Under the pieces are notes generated by a model. That model worked only from the letters and a program-made list of their open reading frames with translations, was not told the origin of the DNA and did not search any database. The translations under genes and the position numbers were made by a program. A stretch of DNA of 64,000 nucleotides from NCBI GenBank assembly GCA_944384585.1, contig CALWTY010000003.1, positions 16,499-80,498 of the forward strand. Direction: 5' to 3'. Each line of letters begins with the position of its first letter. Position 1 is the first letter of the stretch. Source of the DNA: an uncultured Clostridia bacterium (GTDB taxonomy: Bacteria > Bacillota > Clostridia > Oscillospirales > CAG-272). Positions 28,349-37,502 of this stretch are shown piece after piece.

Positions 28349-29481
28349 TCTTCATCCTCCCATACTTCTTCGATCAGCCCCGAAAGAAAGGCGATCTGCT
28401 CCTCCGTCATCGGATGGTTGTTCTGCAGCTCGTACAGCTCGGAAAACAGCGAAACCGGGGAGCGGCGTTCCGTATTTTCCGCGCCCGTGGGCTCCGCCAT
28501 GGATCCGGTGCGCCTGTTATCGTAATCGAGCTTCATCAGATTCCGGTAGATCGGCCGCAGCTTTCCCACCGCGTCGGGAATATCCTCCTCGTCGGTCAGC
28601 GTAATATGGAGATAGGCATCCCGATATGCCGTGTTCTCATAAAAGCTCCTGTTCGACAGCTCCTGATACCGTCCCTTAAGCTCCGTCATCTCCCGCAGCG
28701 GTGTGAGCGGAAGGGTACGGACGGTCAGCGTCCCCTTTGCGCCAAGCTCCGCCACCGTCACCGATTTGACGTCCCTCGCCTCCGAAAAGGAATATTTCAG
28801 CGGCGTGCCGCAGTATCGGATCCGCTCCCCTCCGCAGTTCTGCGGTCGATGGAGATGGCCGAGGGCGAGATAGTCAAAGCCGTCGAAAACCGAAGCGTCG
28901 ACCTGATCGGTGCCGCCGACCGAAATCTCCTCCGATTCGGTGCGGTCCCCGCCGGTCACAAACTGATGCGTCACCAGAACATTCCGCACCCCGCTCTCCG
29001 GCTCCATTCGTCGGATCGCGGCACGCACCGCGTCGGTATAGGTGACAATCTCCTCTTCAAACAGTCCCCTCACCTGCGCCGGCTTGATAAAGGGAAGAAG
29101 ATAGACCCGCAGCACACCGTATTCGTCGGTCATCTCCCGGGGCGTAACGCTGCCGGTATAAGCGCCCGCGATATGGACGCCGCTCCCCTCGATCAGCCGC
29201 GCGCCAAACGTCATCCGCTCGGGGGAGTCGTGATTCCCGCTGATGACGAAGACCTCAAGCTCCCGCTTCGACAGGCTTGTGAGAAAGTCGTCAAGGAGCG
29301 TGACCGCTTCCGCGGCGGGGACAGACTTGTCGTACACGTCTCCCGCAATCAGCACCCCGTCCGGCTGTTCGGCATCGACGATTTCGAGAATTCTTCCGAG
29401 AATATACCGCTGATCCTCCAGCATCGGGTATTCGTTCACCCGCTTGCCGAGGTGCAGATCGGACAGATGCAGGAATTTCAT
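28345..29481 (-). CDS. sbcD: SbcD/Mre11-family nuclease
   Basis: MKFLHLSDLHLGK..LIAGDVYD..SGNHD.. are calcineurin-like phosphoesterase motifs. An ATGA overlap links it to sbcC. Confidence 0.9.
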   Translation of the reverse strand: MKFLHLSDLHLGKRVNEYPMLEDQRYILGRILEIVDAEQPDGVLIAGDVYDKSVPAAEAVTLLDDFLTSLSKRELEVFVISGNHDSPERMTFGARLIEGSGVHIAGAYTGSVTPREMTDEYGVLRVYLLPFIKPAQVRGLFEEEIVTYTDAVRAAIRRMEPESGVRNVLVTHQFVTGGDRTESEEISVGGTDQVDASVFDGFDYLALGHLHRPQNCGGERIRYCGTPLKYSFSEARDVKSVTVAELGAKGTLTVRTLPLTPLREMTELKGRYQELSNRSFYENTAYRDAYLHITLTDEEDIPDAVGKLRPIYRNLMKLDYDNRRTGSMAEPTGAENTERRSPVSLFSELYELQNNHPMTEEQIAFLSGLIEEVWEDEE

Positions 29482-29497
29482 TCCGCCGCCCTCCCGC

Positions 29498-30178
29498 TTA
29501 TCGTCCCGACGGCAGGAAGGGGATGATGGAGGAGGCGACGCTGTTGATGGGCATCGTCTGAAGCCTTACCTTCCCGGGTCCGACGATCACGGTATTGAAG
29601 ATCCCTTCCCCGCCGAAGAGCATATTCTTGACGCCGGGCACGGTCTGAACCTCCACCGAACAGGTCGGATCCATTGTCGCCAGATAGCCGGTATCGACGA
29701 TGATCCTCTCCCCCGGAGCAAGCGTATATTCGACGGAATATCCGTCGATCTCCAGGAATGCGGTCCCGAAGCCCGACAGCATCTGCATGATAAAGCCCTC
29801 TCCTCCGAACAGACCCGCGCCGATCTTCTTCTGGAAGAAGATCGAAAGCTCCACCCCGGTCGTCGCCGCGAGGAAGGAGCGCTTCTGGACGACAAGGGGC
29901 TTATCGGGGGTGATCTCCACCGGGACGATCACACCGGGGAAGCTTGAGGCGAACGCGATCATGCCGGGTGCGCCGATCGCCGTATAGCGGTTCTGGAACA
30001 GCCCTTCGCCCGAAAACATCCGTCCGAACACCTTGCCGATGCCGCCGTTGCTGGTGGTTTCCATCTTCATATTCGGGGACATCCAGCTCATGCTTCCCCG
30101 CTCGGTGATCATCTGCTCCCCCGCCGCAAGCTCGCAGATCACAACGGGAAGAGGCGTGCCTTCAATTCTGTAATGCAT
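29498..30178 (-). CDS. TIGR00266/AIM24 (DUF124) family protein
   Basis: Starts MHYRIEGTPLPVVICELAAGEQMITERGSMSWMSPNMKMET, with the RBS AAGGAG before the ATG at 30178. Confidence 0.8.
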   Translation of the reverse strand: MHYRIEGTPLPVVICELAAGEQMITERGSMSWMSPNMKMETTSNGGIGKVFGRMFSGEGLFQNRYTAIGAPGMIAFASSFPGVIVPVEITPDKPLVVQKRSFLAATTGVELSIFFQKKIGAGLFGGEGFIMQMLSGFGTAFLEIDGYSVEYTLAPGERIIVDTGYLATMDPTCSVEVQTVPGVKNMLFGGEGIFNTVIVGPGKVRLQTMPINSVASSIIPFLPSGR

Positions 30179-30208
30179 CGTGTCAATCTCCTTATTTAAT
30201 GATATTAT

Positions 30209-30237
30209 ATTGTAGCATTTTTCCTCATGCCTGTCAA
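30209..30237 (-). promoter_or_regulatory. Sigma-A type promoter (TIGR00266-sbcDC transcription unit)
   Basis: Minus strand reads TTGACA (30237-30232), a 17-nt spacer, then TACAAT (30214-30209). Confidence 0.7.
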
Positions 30238-30368
30238 TACGGATCCCGTGCCGCGCCTGCCTCCTCCGCCTGACGGCTGCGCGCTTTGTCCGCTTCCCTT
30301 CCCGCCCGTGCCCGCGTCGGGCAAAACGACGGATTTGCGCGCCACCTTGATTTTCCCGATTCAATCGA

Positions 30369-30397
30369 TTGACAAATCACAGAAAAGATGATATAAT
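30369..30397 (+). promoter_or_regulatory. Sigma-A type promoter for transaldolase
   Basis: TTGACA (30369-30374), a 17-nt spacer, then TATAAT (30392-30397). Confidence 0.75.
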
Positions 30398-30448
30398 GAC
30401 TTGTAATTCTTTTTAACCAACGTTTTTTCAGCAAGGAGTAAGTTCAGA

Positions 30449-31135
30449 ATGCTTTATATCGTCGACACCGCAAATATTGAAAAGATCCGTCACGCCATCG
30501 AATATTTCCCGATCGCGGGAGTGACCACCAACCCGACCATCATCTCGAAGGAGCATACCGATTTCATCAAGCTGATCAAAGAGATCGAGTCGATCATCGG
30601 AAACAACAGGATGTTCCACATCCAGCTCACCGGCAGCACCTCCGACACCATGTTCCGTGAAGCGCAGGCGCTGCGCGACATCATCGGAGACAACCTCTAT
30701 GTCAAAATCCCCGTCTCGGAGGAGGGGCTGAAGGCCACGATGGCGCTCCACCGCGAAGGCTTCCATATCACCGAGACCGCGATCTTCACGCAGCAGCAGG
30801 CTCTGATGGCGGCGATGGCGGGCGCCGATTTCGTCGCTCCCTATGTCAACCGCCTCGACAACATCATCAGCGACGGCGTCAACGTCGTCGGCGAGATCGT
30901 CGAGCTGTTCCGTCAGTACAGTCTTCCGACCAAGGTGCTGGCCGCCAGCTTCAAGACGGCGGAGCAGGTTCACAAGATCAGCATGGTGGGCGGTCATGCC
31001 GTGACCGTCAACCCCGATATCCTCGAAAACCTCATCTATCATCCTCTCACCATGTACGCCATTGACGACTTCACCGCCGACTGGGAGGGCGTTTACGGCA
31101 AAAAAACGATACTTGATATGATAAAGGAACAGTAA
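30449..31135 (+). CDS. Transaldolase / fructose-6-phosphate aldolase family (short TalC/Fsa type)
   Basis: 228 aa. MLYIVDTANIEKI..AGVTTNPTII..LYVKIPVSEEGL..TAIF match this family. Confidence 0.88.
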   Translation: MLYIVDTANIEKIRHAIEYFPIAGVTTNPTIISKEHTDFIKLIKEIESIIGNNRMFHIQLTGSTSDTMFREAQALRDIIGDNLYVKIPVSEEGLKATMALHREGFHITETAIFTQQQALMAAMAGADFVAPYVNRLDNIISDGVNVVGEIVELFRQYSLPTKVLAASFKTAEQVHKISMVGGHAVTVNPDILENLIYHPLTMYAIDDFTADWEGVYGKKTILDMIKEQ

Positions 31136-31138
31136 TCC

Positions 31139-32341
31139 ATGATACAACGGAAAGTCGGCGCGATTCGTCGCGTCCTCTGTATGATGCTTGCCTCTTTCAC
31201 GATCTTTGCCGTTATTTCCGCCGCGGAATCCGGCAGGGCGGAGGCCAAGACCACCATCGGAGAGCTGAACGCCAAAATCAACGCGCTGAAGGACGAGCTT
31301 GACAATGCCTCCGAGCAGCGGGAATCGGCAGAGGACGCCTATGAGAGCGTCAAGGATCAGTACGAAAACATCAAGAAGCGGAAAACCGCCATTGACGAGG
31401 AGATCGACGCCATCCGGAACGAGTCGGAGATCCTCCGCAGCATCGTCACAAGCTATGCCGAGCAGAAGGCAATCCTCAATCGCGAGATCGAGGTGACGCA
31501 GAAGAAGCTGGAGGAGCGGCTCGATATTCTGCGGGACAAGCTCCGCGTCAATTTTGAAGACGGCAACTCCAACATCTTCGTTCTCCTCTTCAGCAGCGAC
31601 GGTCTCTATGATTTCCTCACTGCCGCCGACCGTCTCTCTGCGCTGATTGAGCATGACCGCGAGATGATCCGGGAGTGCGAGGAGATCTGCCGGCAGCTTG
31701 AGGAACAGAAATCCACGCTTGCCGCAGTTACGCTGGAGGCGGAGCAGCGCTCCGCTGAGCTGAAGGATTCCCTGACGCAGCTTCAGAACAAGCAGGACGA
31801 GGTTCTGGCGATGATGAAGGAGATCGAGGCGGATTCCGAAGCCGCAAAGAAGGCCTATCTTGAGGCCAAGGCGGAGGAGGACGCTTTCCGCAGAGAGCTG
31901 GAGAAGCGCCTTGAGGAGCGCGATAAGCTGAACAACAATTCCTATGCGGGGGGCGATTTCATCTGGCCTCTCCCCGCCAAATACAAAAAGATTTTCTCCT
32001 ACTTCGGCAACCGCATTCATCCCGTTCTCGGCACGCCGCAGTTCCATCAGGGCATCGACATCCCCGCGCCCAACGGCACGGACATCTACTCCGTCAACAA
32101 GGGTACGGTCATTGAGACGGGAAACGACTACGGAAACGGCAAGTATGTCATCGTCGATCACGGCGGCGGCATCACCACCATGTACGCGCACCTCAGCAGG
32201 ATCAACGTCAAAAAGGGTGATATCCTGGAGCAGGGAGAGGTCCTGGGCCTCGTCGGGATGACCGGCTACGCGACCGGATACCATCTCCACCTCTCGGTCT
32301 ACCGCAACGGAAAAGCGGTCGATCCCGAATCCTTTTATTGA
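31139..32341 (+). CDS. Coiled-coil M23 peptidoglycan metalloendopeptidase
   Basis: N-terminal signal/anchor, a long coiled coil, then HQGIDIPAP..GNGKYVIVDHGGGITTMYAHL..GMTGYATGYHLHLSV. Confidence 0.9.
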   Translation: MIQRKVGAIRRVLCMMLASFTIFAVISAAESGRAEAKTTIGELNAKINALKDELDNASEQRESAEDAYESVKDQYENIKKRKTAIDEEIDAIRNESEILRSIVTSYAEQKAILNREIEVTQKKLEERLDILRDKLRVNFEDGNSNIFVLLFSSDGLYDFLTAADRLSALIEHDREMIRECEEICRQLEEQKSTLAAVTLEAEQRSAELKDSLTQLQNKQDEVLAMMKEIEADSEAAKKAYLEAKAEEDAFRRELEKRLEERDKLNNNSYAGGDFIWPLPAKYKKIFSYFGNRIHPVLGTPQFHQGIDIPAPNGTDIYSVNKGTVIETGNDYGNGKYVIVDHGGGITTMYAHLSRINVKKGDILEQGEVLGLVGMTGYATGYHLHLSVYRNGKAVDPESFY

Positions 32342-32348
32342 GCTTCCC

Positions 32349-32387
32349 CGAAACGGTGTTTCCCTTCACTCGGAAAACACCGTTTCG
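32349..32387 (+). terminator. Hairpin, probable terminator (weak U-tract)
   Basis: 13-bp stem cgaaacggtgttt/aaacaccgtttcg with a 13-nt loop. Confidence 0.5.
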
Positions 32388-32509
32388 ATTGTTGTGAAGG
32401 GAACGGCATATTCCGGGACAAACCCGCATAGTGTGAATTATATGCCTCTTCCCCTGGCGGAAAGGTCCCACCGATCCGATTCTGCGGTTATGATCTCGAA
32501 AGGTTAATT

Positions 32510-33073
32510 ATGGATATCTGGGAGCTGTTTACCGTTGCCCTTTGTCTTGCCACAGACGCTTTTACGGTCGCAATCTGCAAGGGGCTGTCCTTAAAGAAGA
32601 TCCGGCTGCGTCACTGCCTGATCGTCGGGCTGTATTTCGGTCTGTTTCAGGCGCTTATGCCGCTGATCGGCTATCTGCTTGCCGACACCGTTGCCGCCGG
32701 GGTTACGGAATACTCCTTCCCCGTCGCCTTCCTCCTTCTGCTTCTCATCGGGCTGAACATGATCCGCGAGGCGTTTTCCAAAAAGGAAGAGGGGGAGATG
32801 AACGATTCCCTCTCCTTTACGGTGATGCTGCCCCTTGCGCTCGCCACCAGCATCGACGCGCTGGCAGTCGGCGTTTCCTTTGCGCTGGTCAGGGTCGACA
32901 TCCTGCCGGCGGTCGCCATCATCGGTCTTGTCACCCTGCTGCTGTCGGCGGTCGGCGTCAGGCTCGGCAGCCTGGTCGGACAACGGTTCCGGAAGGTCGC
33001 GACGGTCTGCGGCGGCGCGGTGCTGATCCTCCTCGGCGTGAAGGTTCTGCTGGAGGGTCTCGGCGTAATCTGA
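32510..33073 (+). CDS. mntP: Manganese efflux pump MntP
   Basis: 187 aa. ..ATDAFTVAICKGL.. and ..ATSIDALAVGVSF.. are the duplicated MntP motifs. Confidence 0.9.
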   Translation: MDIWELFTVALCLATDAFTVAICKGLSLKKIRLRHCLIVGLYFGLFQALMPLIGYLLADTVAAGVTEYSFPVAFLLLLLIGLNMIREAFSKKEEGEMNDSLSFTVMLPLALATSIDALAVGVSFALVRVDILPAVAIIGLVTLLLSAVGVRLGSLVGQRFRKVATVCGGAVLILLGVKVLLEGLGVI

Positions 33074-33157
33074 ACATTGCTCAAACTCATTAAGCGAGCC
33101 TTTCTCGTTGCCGATACCTCCCGGCGTGATCTGAGGTTCCCCGAGCCCATCTGTCTT

Positions 33158-33184
33158 CCCCGCCCTGTGCGGGGTTTTGTTTTT
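33158..33184 (+). terminator. Rho-independent terminator
   Basis: Stem ccccgc/gcgggg, loop cctgt, then TTTTGTTTTT. Confidence 0.7.
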
Positions 33185-33652
33185 CCGGTCCCCACTCGGT
33201 CTCCCGTCCCGCGAGGCCAGTCCGAGGACATGATTGACCCCGCCACACTACGCAACCACCCGGTCGCCTGTTCCGCTCGGCAATCCCTTCCACGCGAAAT
33301 CACCTCCTCATAGCGAATCGGCGCCGAGCGGATGCCATGCCTACATCCCCCGATTGCTCCCCGCCCGCACCAGCGGGGGCTGCCGCAGGCGGATCCGGAT
33401 TTTGTAAACAAACTCCGAACAAATTGCAATTTCCCCTTATTATAAATTCATTTTTGACAAGATTCGCTTGGCAGACCTCGTTTCAAATGAATTTTTGAAA
33501 TATAAAAGTTTCATAACAGTAAATTAACAATTCCTTAACCAAAAAAATCGGCAAAAGTATATACTATTGTTGGGACAGATTGGGAGAAGCCGGGTTTGGG
33601 GCAGGCTTCCGACGATCGGTTCAAATGTGTTTATGAGTAAGGGAGATTATTT

Positions 33653-35428
33653 ATGACCAAAAATGTTCATGTCCTGAATTGGATAAACGAAATGGCGGAG
33701 CTGACACAGCCGGATAAGATCGTCTGGATCGACGGAAGCGACGAGCAGACCGAAGCGCTCCGCAAGGAAGCGGTCTCGACGGGAGAGCTGATCCGTCTCA
33801 ACCCCGAGCAGTATCCCAACTGCTATCTGCACAGAACGGCCGTCAACGACGTGGCAAGAGTGGAGAACAGAACCTTTATCTGCACCACGAAGCAGGAGGA
33901 TGCGGGAAACATCAACAACTGGATGGCGCCCTCCGAGTGCTATGCCAAGCTCGGAAAGCTGTTCAAGGGATCCATGAAGGGCAGAACCATGTATGTCATT
34001 CCCTATTCCATGGGCGTTCCCGGCTCGGAGTTTGCCAAGATCGGCATCGAGCTGACCGACTCGATCTACGTCGTGCTGAATATGCTGATCATGACAAGAG
34101 CCGGCAAGCAGATTCTCGACATCCTCGGTGACAGCGCCGATTTCATCAAGGGACTTCATGCCCGCGCCGATATCGACGAGGAGAATCGCTACATTTGCCA
34201 CTTCCCGGAGGACAACACGATCTGGTCCGTCAATTCCGGCTACGGCGGAAATGTTCTGCTCGGCAAGAAGTGCTTCGCGCTCAGAATTGCCTCCTACCTC
34301 GGCAGAAAAGAGGGCTGGATGGCCGAGCATATGCTGATCCTCGGCATCGAGTATCCTGACGGAGACATCAAATACATCAGTGCCGCCTTCCCCTCTGCCT
34401 GCGGCAAAACCAATCTCGCCATGCTGATCCCGCCGGAGGTCTTCCGCAAGAAGGGCTATAAGGTTTGGTGCGTCGGTGACGATATTGCCTGGCTCCGCAT
34501 CGGCAAGGACGGCAGACTCTGGGCTGTCAATCCCGAAAACGGCTTCTTCGGCGTCGCGCCCGGCACAAATGAGCATTCCAATCCCAACGCACTTGCCACC
34601 ACCAAGAAGGACACCATTTTCACCAACGTCGCCCTCAACACCGATGACAACACCGTCTGGTGGGAAGGCCTTGACAACAATCCTCCCAAGAACTGCATCG
34701 ACTGGAAGGGCAACAAGTGGGATTATGCCAACTACGACAAGAAGGACAAGTCCACCTGCGCTGCGCATCCCAACTCCCGCTTCACCGCTCCCGCCGTCAA
34801 CTGCCCCTGCATCTCGCCCGAGTTCAATAATGCGGCCGGCGTGCCGATCTCCGCGATTGTCTTCGGCGGACGCCGCGCCAGGACCGCTCCGCTGGTCTAT
34901 GAATCCTTCAATTGGCAGCACGGCACCTTCGTCGGCTCAATTATGGCCTCCGAGACCACGGCTGCTGCCGCCGGTGCCGTCGGCGTTGTCCGCCGCGATC
35001 CGATGGCGATGCGTCCCTTTGTCGGCTACAACATGGGCGACTACTTTGCACACTGGCTTGAAATGGGCAAAAAGATCCCTCATGCGCCGAAGATCTTCCA
35101 CGTCAACTGGTTCAGAACCGATGACGAAGGCCACTTCATCTGGCCGGGCTTCGGTGACAATATGAGAGTGCTTCTCTGGATTCTTGACCGTGTCGCGGGC
35201 AAGGTCGATGCCAGGGAGACCGCGATCGGCTACGTTCCCAATGTCGACGACATCAACATCGAGGGACTTTCCGTCACGAAGGAAACCATCACCGAGCTGC
35301 TCGACGTCGATACCGCCTCCTGGAAGCAGGATATCGAGAATATCAAGGAATTCTATAAGCTGGTTGGGGATCGTGTTCCCGCCGAGCTTTACGATGAGCT
35401 GAAGGGTCTTGAAGCCCGCCTCGGCTGA
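33653..35428 (+). CDS. pck: Phosphoenolpyruvate carboxykinase (GTP type)
   Basis: 591 aa, with ..FPSACGKTNLAML.. (kinase-1a P-loop of GTP-PEPCK). RBS GGGAG. Confidence 0.93.
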   Translation: MTKNVHVLNWINEMAELTQPDKIVWIDGSDEQTEALRKEAVSTGELIRLNPEQYPNCYLHRTAVNDVARVENRTFICTTKQEDAGNINNWMAPSECYAKLGKLFKGSMKGRTMYVIPYSMGVPGSEFAKIGIELTDSIYVVLNMLIMTRAGKQILDILGDSADFIKGLHARADIDEENRYICHFPEDNTIWSVNSGYGGNVLLGKKCFALRIASYLGRKEGWMAEHMLILGIEYPDGDIKYISAAFPSACGKTNLAMLIPPEVFRKKGYKVWCVGDDIAWLRIGKDGRLWAVNPENGFFGVAPGTNEHSNPNALATTKKDTIFTNVALNTDDNTVWWEGLDNNPPKNCIDWKGNKWDYANYDKKDKSTCAAHPNSRFTAPAVNCPCISPEFNNAAGVPISAIVFGGRRARTAPLVYESFNWQHGTFVGSIMASETTAAAAGAVGVVRRDPMAMRPFVGYNMGDYFAHWLEMGKKIPHAPKIFHVNWFRTDDEGHFIWPGFGDNMRVLLWILDRVAGKVDARETAIGYVPNVDDINIEGLSVTKETITELLDVDTASWKQDIENIKEFYKLVGDRVPAELYDELKGLEARLG

Positions 35429-35444
35429 TCCGTTCCGATACAGG

Positions 35445-35480
35445 AAAAGAGCGCGTCCATATGGGACGCGCTCTTTTGGC
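35445..35480 (+). terminator. Rho-independent terminator
   Basis: Stem aaaagagcgcgtcc/ggacgcgctctttt with a 5-nt loop and a T-run. Confidence 0.85.
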
Positions 35481-35669
35481 ACCGTGTCTGTCTCCTTTTG
35501 CAGGGCGCACCGCCTTTCCCCGTCTCCGGACCCGACCCCCCGTATTCCCACACGGCAAATTCCCTGCTATTTTTTCTGCCCCCGGCGGCACATCCGACCA
35601 AGCACCCGCGGAGACCGCCGACGTTTGCGCTCCCATGCCCCGCTTTTCTCGGTTTCTTTGATCGGGTGA

Positions 35670-35698
35670 TTGACAAAGCATCGAAAACGCGATATAAT
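35670..35698 (+). promoter_or_regulatory. Perfect-consensus sigma-A promoter
   Basis: TTGACA (35670-35675), a 17-nt spacer, then TATAAT (35693-35698). The next start codon is about 200 nt downstream. Confidence 0.75.
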
Positions 35699-35904
35699 AA
35701 GTTTATATGGGTATGTCGGGCAGAGCCCTCTCAAACGGCAAGACCCGCCGATGATCGGCAGGCGCGCAGCGACGATTTGGCTCCTCGAGCCGTTCCGACT
35801 GCCCCTTCTTTCAGAAATCAACCATGCTTTTCCGCCGCCCTCTGCGGCACTCCGATAATATTTTACCGCGCCGTCCGCGCTTTCATGAATATGAGGTGAT
35901 ACCG

Positions 35905-37014
35905 TTGAAAGTCTATGAAATTCCCAAAACCAATTCCCCGATGGTCACGCGATATGCCTTTATGAGCCTGATGGCCGACGGCGCCTGCGCCGCAATGCTC
36001 CACGGCAGCATTTCCCTCCATTGCACCACCGACAAGCTCATGATGCTGATCCTCTTCTACAACATCCTGGCGATCGGCACGAGCCTTCTCTTCTCGGTTC
36101 TTGCCGATCGTGTCGGCAACAAGCATACCGGCGTCCGCGCCGCCGTCATGATCCTCTTCATGGGATTCGTCTTTCCGACGCGGATCAGCATTACCGCCAA
36201 GGTCGTATTGATGGCGATCGGAAACGCCGCCTTTCATTCCTTTGCCGCCTCCTCGCTGCTCAGCCGCTCCCGCTTTCTGTCCTACGGGATCGGATGCTTT
36301 ACGACAGGCGGCGTGATCGGCGTCGCGCTGGCGCGATACGCCCCCTTTTTCGGCTATCTTGCCGCCGCTTTTCTGCTGATGGCCGCCGCGCCCTGCGACA
36401 AGGGAGAGGGGCTGCCTGAGGCCTGCGATCTGCCGATACGGGACCGCGTCGTTCTGAAATCTCGCCTTGCTCCTCTGCTGATTCTTCTGCTTCTTCTCTG
36501 CTGCGCACTCGGCAGCTATATGGGACACTCGCTGTCCTTCGAGTGGGCAGTCGGCCGGAAATCGATCCTGCTCATCGCCGCGGCGGCTGCCGCCGGACGA
36601 GCGCTCGGCGGCTTCCTCTTCGACCGGTTCTCCCTCTATTCCGTCGCGGCCTCTTTGGGCGGAGGCGCTGCCCTTCTGATGTTCTCCTCCGATTCCAAAG
36701 TCCTCTCCCTCGGCGGAATCCTGCTTCTCAACATGATGATCCCGGTTCTCCTCTCGCTCCTCTTTCGCTTTATGCCGCGGCATCCCGGTATGTGCTATTC
36801 TCTTTCGGCGCTTGCCGGCTATCTCGGTCTTCATGCCCTCAGGCTCTTTCCTTCCTTCGCGTCGCGCTCAACCGCTGTGATTTCGCTGGTCTGCGGTCTG
36901 CTGCTCCTTTCGACGTCGGCGGCGGAGCTTCTTTGTCATCTTTCGTCTTTCCGTTCTTCCGCTCACACGCCTTCCCCCTCTCACTCTCCTTCTTCCGAGG
37001 TGCTCCATGATTAA
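35905..37014 (+). CDS. MFS-like polytopic membrane protein, unknown substrate
   Basis: The TTG at 35905 is preceded by the RBS GAGGTG. There are about 10 hydrophobic helices and the motif-A-like loop LADRVGNKH. The ORF is open from 35824. Confidence 0.65.
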   Translation: MKVYEIPKTNSPMVTRYAFMSLMADGACAAMLHGSISLHCTTDKLMMLILFYNILAIGTSLLFSVLADRVGNKHTGVRAAVMILFMGFVFPTRISITAKVVLMAIGNAAFHSFAASSLLSRSRFLSYGIGCFTTGGVIGVALARYAPFFGYLAAAFLLMAAAPCDKGEGLPEACDLPIRDRVVLKSRLAPLLILLLLLCCALGSYMGHSLSFEWAVGRKSILLIAAAAAAGRALGGFLFDRFSLYSVAASLGGGAALLMFSSDSKVLSLGGILLLNMMIPVLLSLLFRFMPRHPGMCYSLSALAGYLGLHALRLFPSFASRSTAVISLVCGLLLLSTSAAELLCHLSSFRSSAHTPSPSHSPSSEVLHD

Positions 37015-37366
37015 ACGAATTGTCTGCCTTGCCTGTCTTCTAATGCTCCTCGCACTCACGGCGCTTTCCGCCGCGGCAGAGCTGATCCCGGAGAAGAATC
37101 CCATCGGGGAAACCGTCCGCATCGAGCCGGATGAAAATCTGATCCGTGACAATATCGTCCAGGGCAATCCCGATGAGAGCTTTGCGGTTCAGACCGACAG
37201 AGTCATCAGCATGGACCGCTCCGCTTATATCAAGACCTGCCTCCTTCCCCTTCTTCTGCTTGCGGGCACAGGGCTTGCGGTCTTCGCCGTCTCCGAGCTG
37301 GGACGAAAATTCAGACAAAGCTCCAATCCCTCCTCCAAAGCGGGAAAACCCGGATCGGAGCGCTGA
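37007..37366 (+). CDS. Small exported protein with signal peptide and C-terminal TM anchor
   Basis: MIKRIVCLACLLMLLALTALSAAAE.. at the N-terminus and ..CLLPLLLLAGTGLAVFAV.. plus a basic tail at the C-terminus. Its ATG overlaps the upstream stop (ATGATTAA). Confidence 0.6.
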   Translation: MIKRIVCLACLLMLLALTALSAAAELIPEKNPIGETVRIEPDENLIRDNIVQGNPDESFAVQTDRVISMDRSAYIKTCLLPLLLLAGTGLAVFAVSELGRKFRQSSNPSSKAGKPGSER

Positions 37367-37397
37367 TTGCCCCATCATCCTGATGCCCGTTTCCGGA

Positions 37398-37439
37398 CAA
37401 AAAGACCTTTTTGCAGCTTGTGCAAAAAGGTCTTTTTTG
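37398..37439. terminator. Bidirectional Rho-independent terminator
   Basis: 17-bp stem aaaaagacctttttgca/tgcaaaaaggtcttttt, loop gcttg. Confidence 0.9.
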
Positions 37440-37502
37440 ATCCCTCCGATCCGGGAACGGTCGGAGCAATTCTTCGGAAAAGGAGACAGGGGAAGGTCGT
37501 CA

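Noticed and set aside
25586-30178. SbcC/SbcD plus a TIGR00266 protein as a possible SMC-nuclease type anti-phage defence locus.
   Set aside because: The SbcC has a zinc-hook CPVCG coiled coil and a size typical of housekeeping SbcCD, and it shares an ATGA overlap with a canonical Mre11-like SbcD. There are no additional defence-type partners, no mobile context, and the composition is not unusual.
32542-33093. 183-aa ORF overlapping mntP in another frame, and the 252-aa minus-strand ORF 32671-33429.
   Set aside because: Both give Arg/Gly/Pro-rich nonsense translations, while the mntP frame carries the duplicated MntP motifs.
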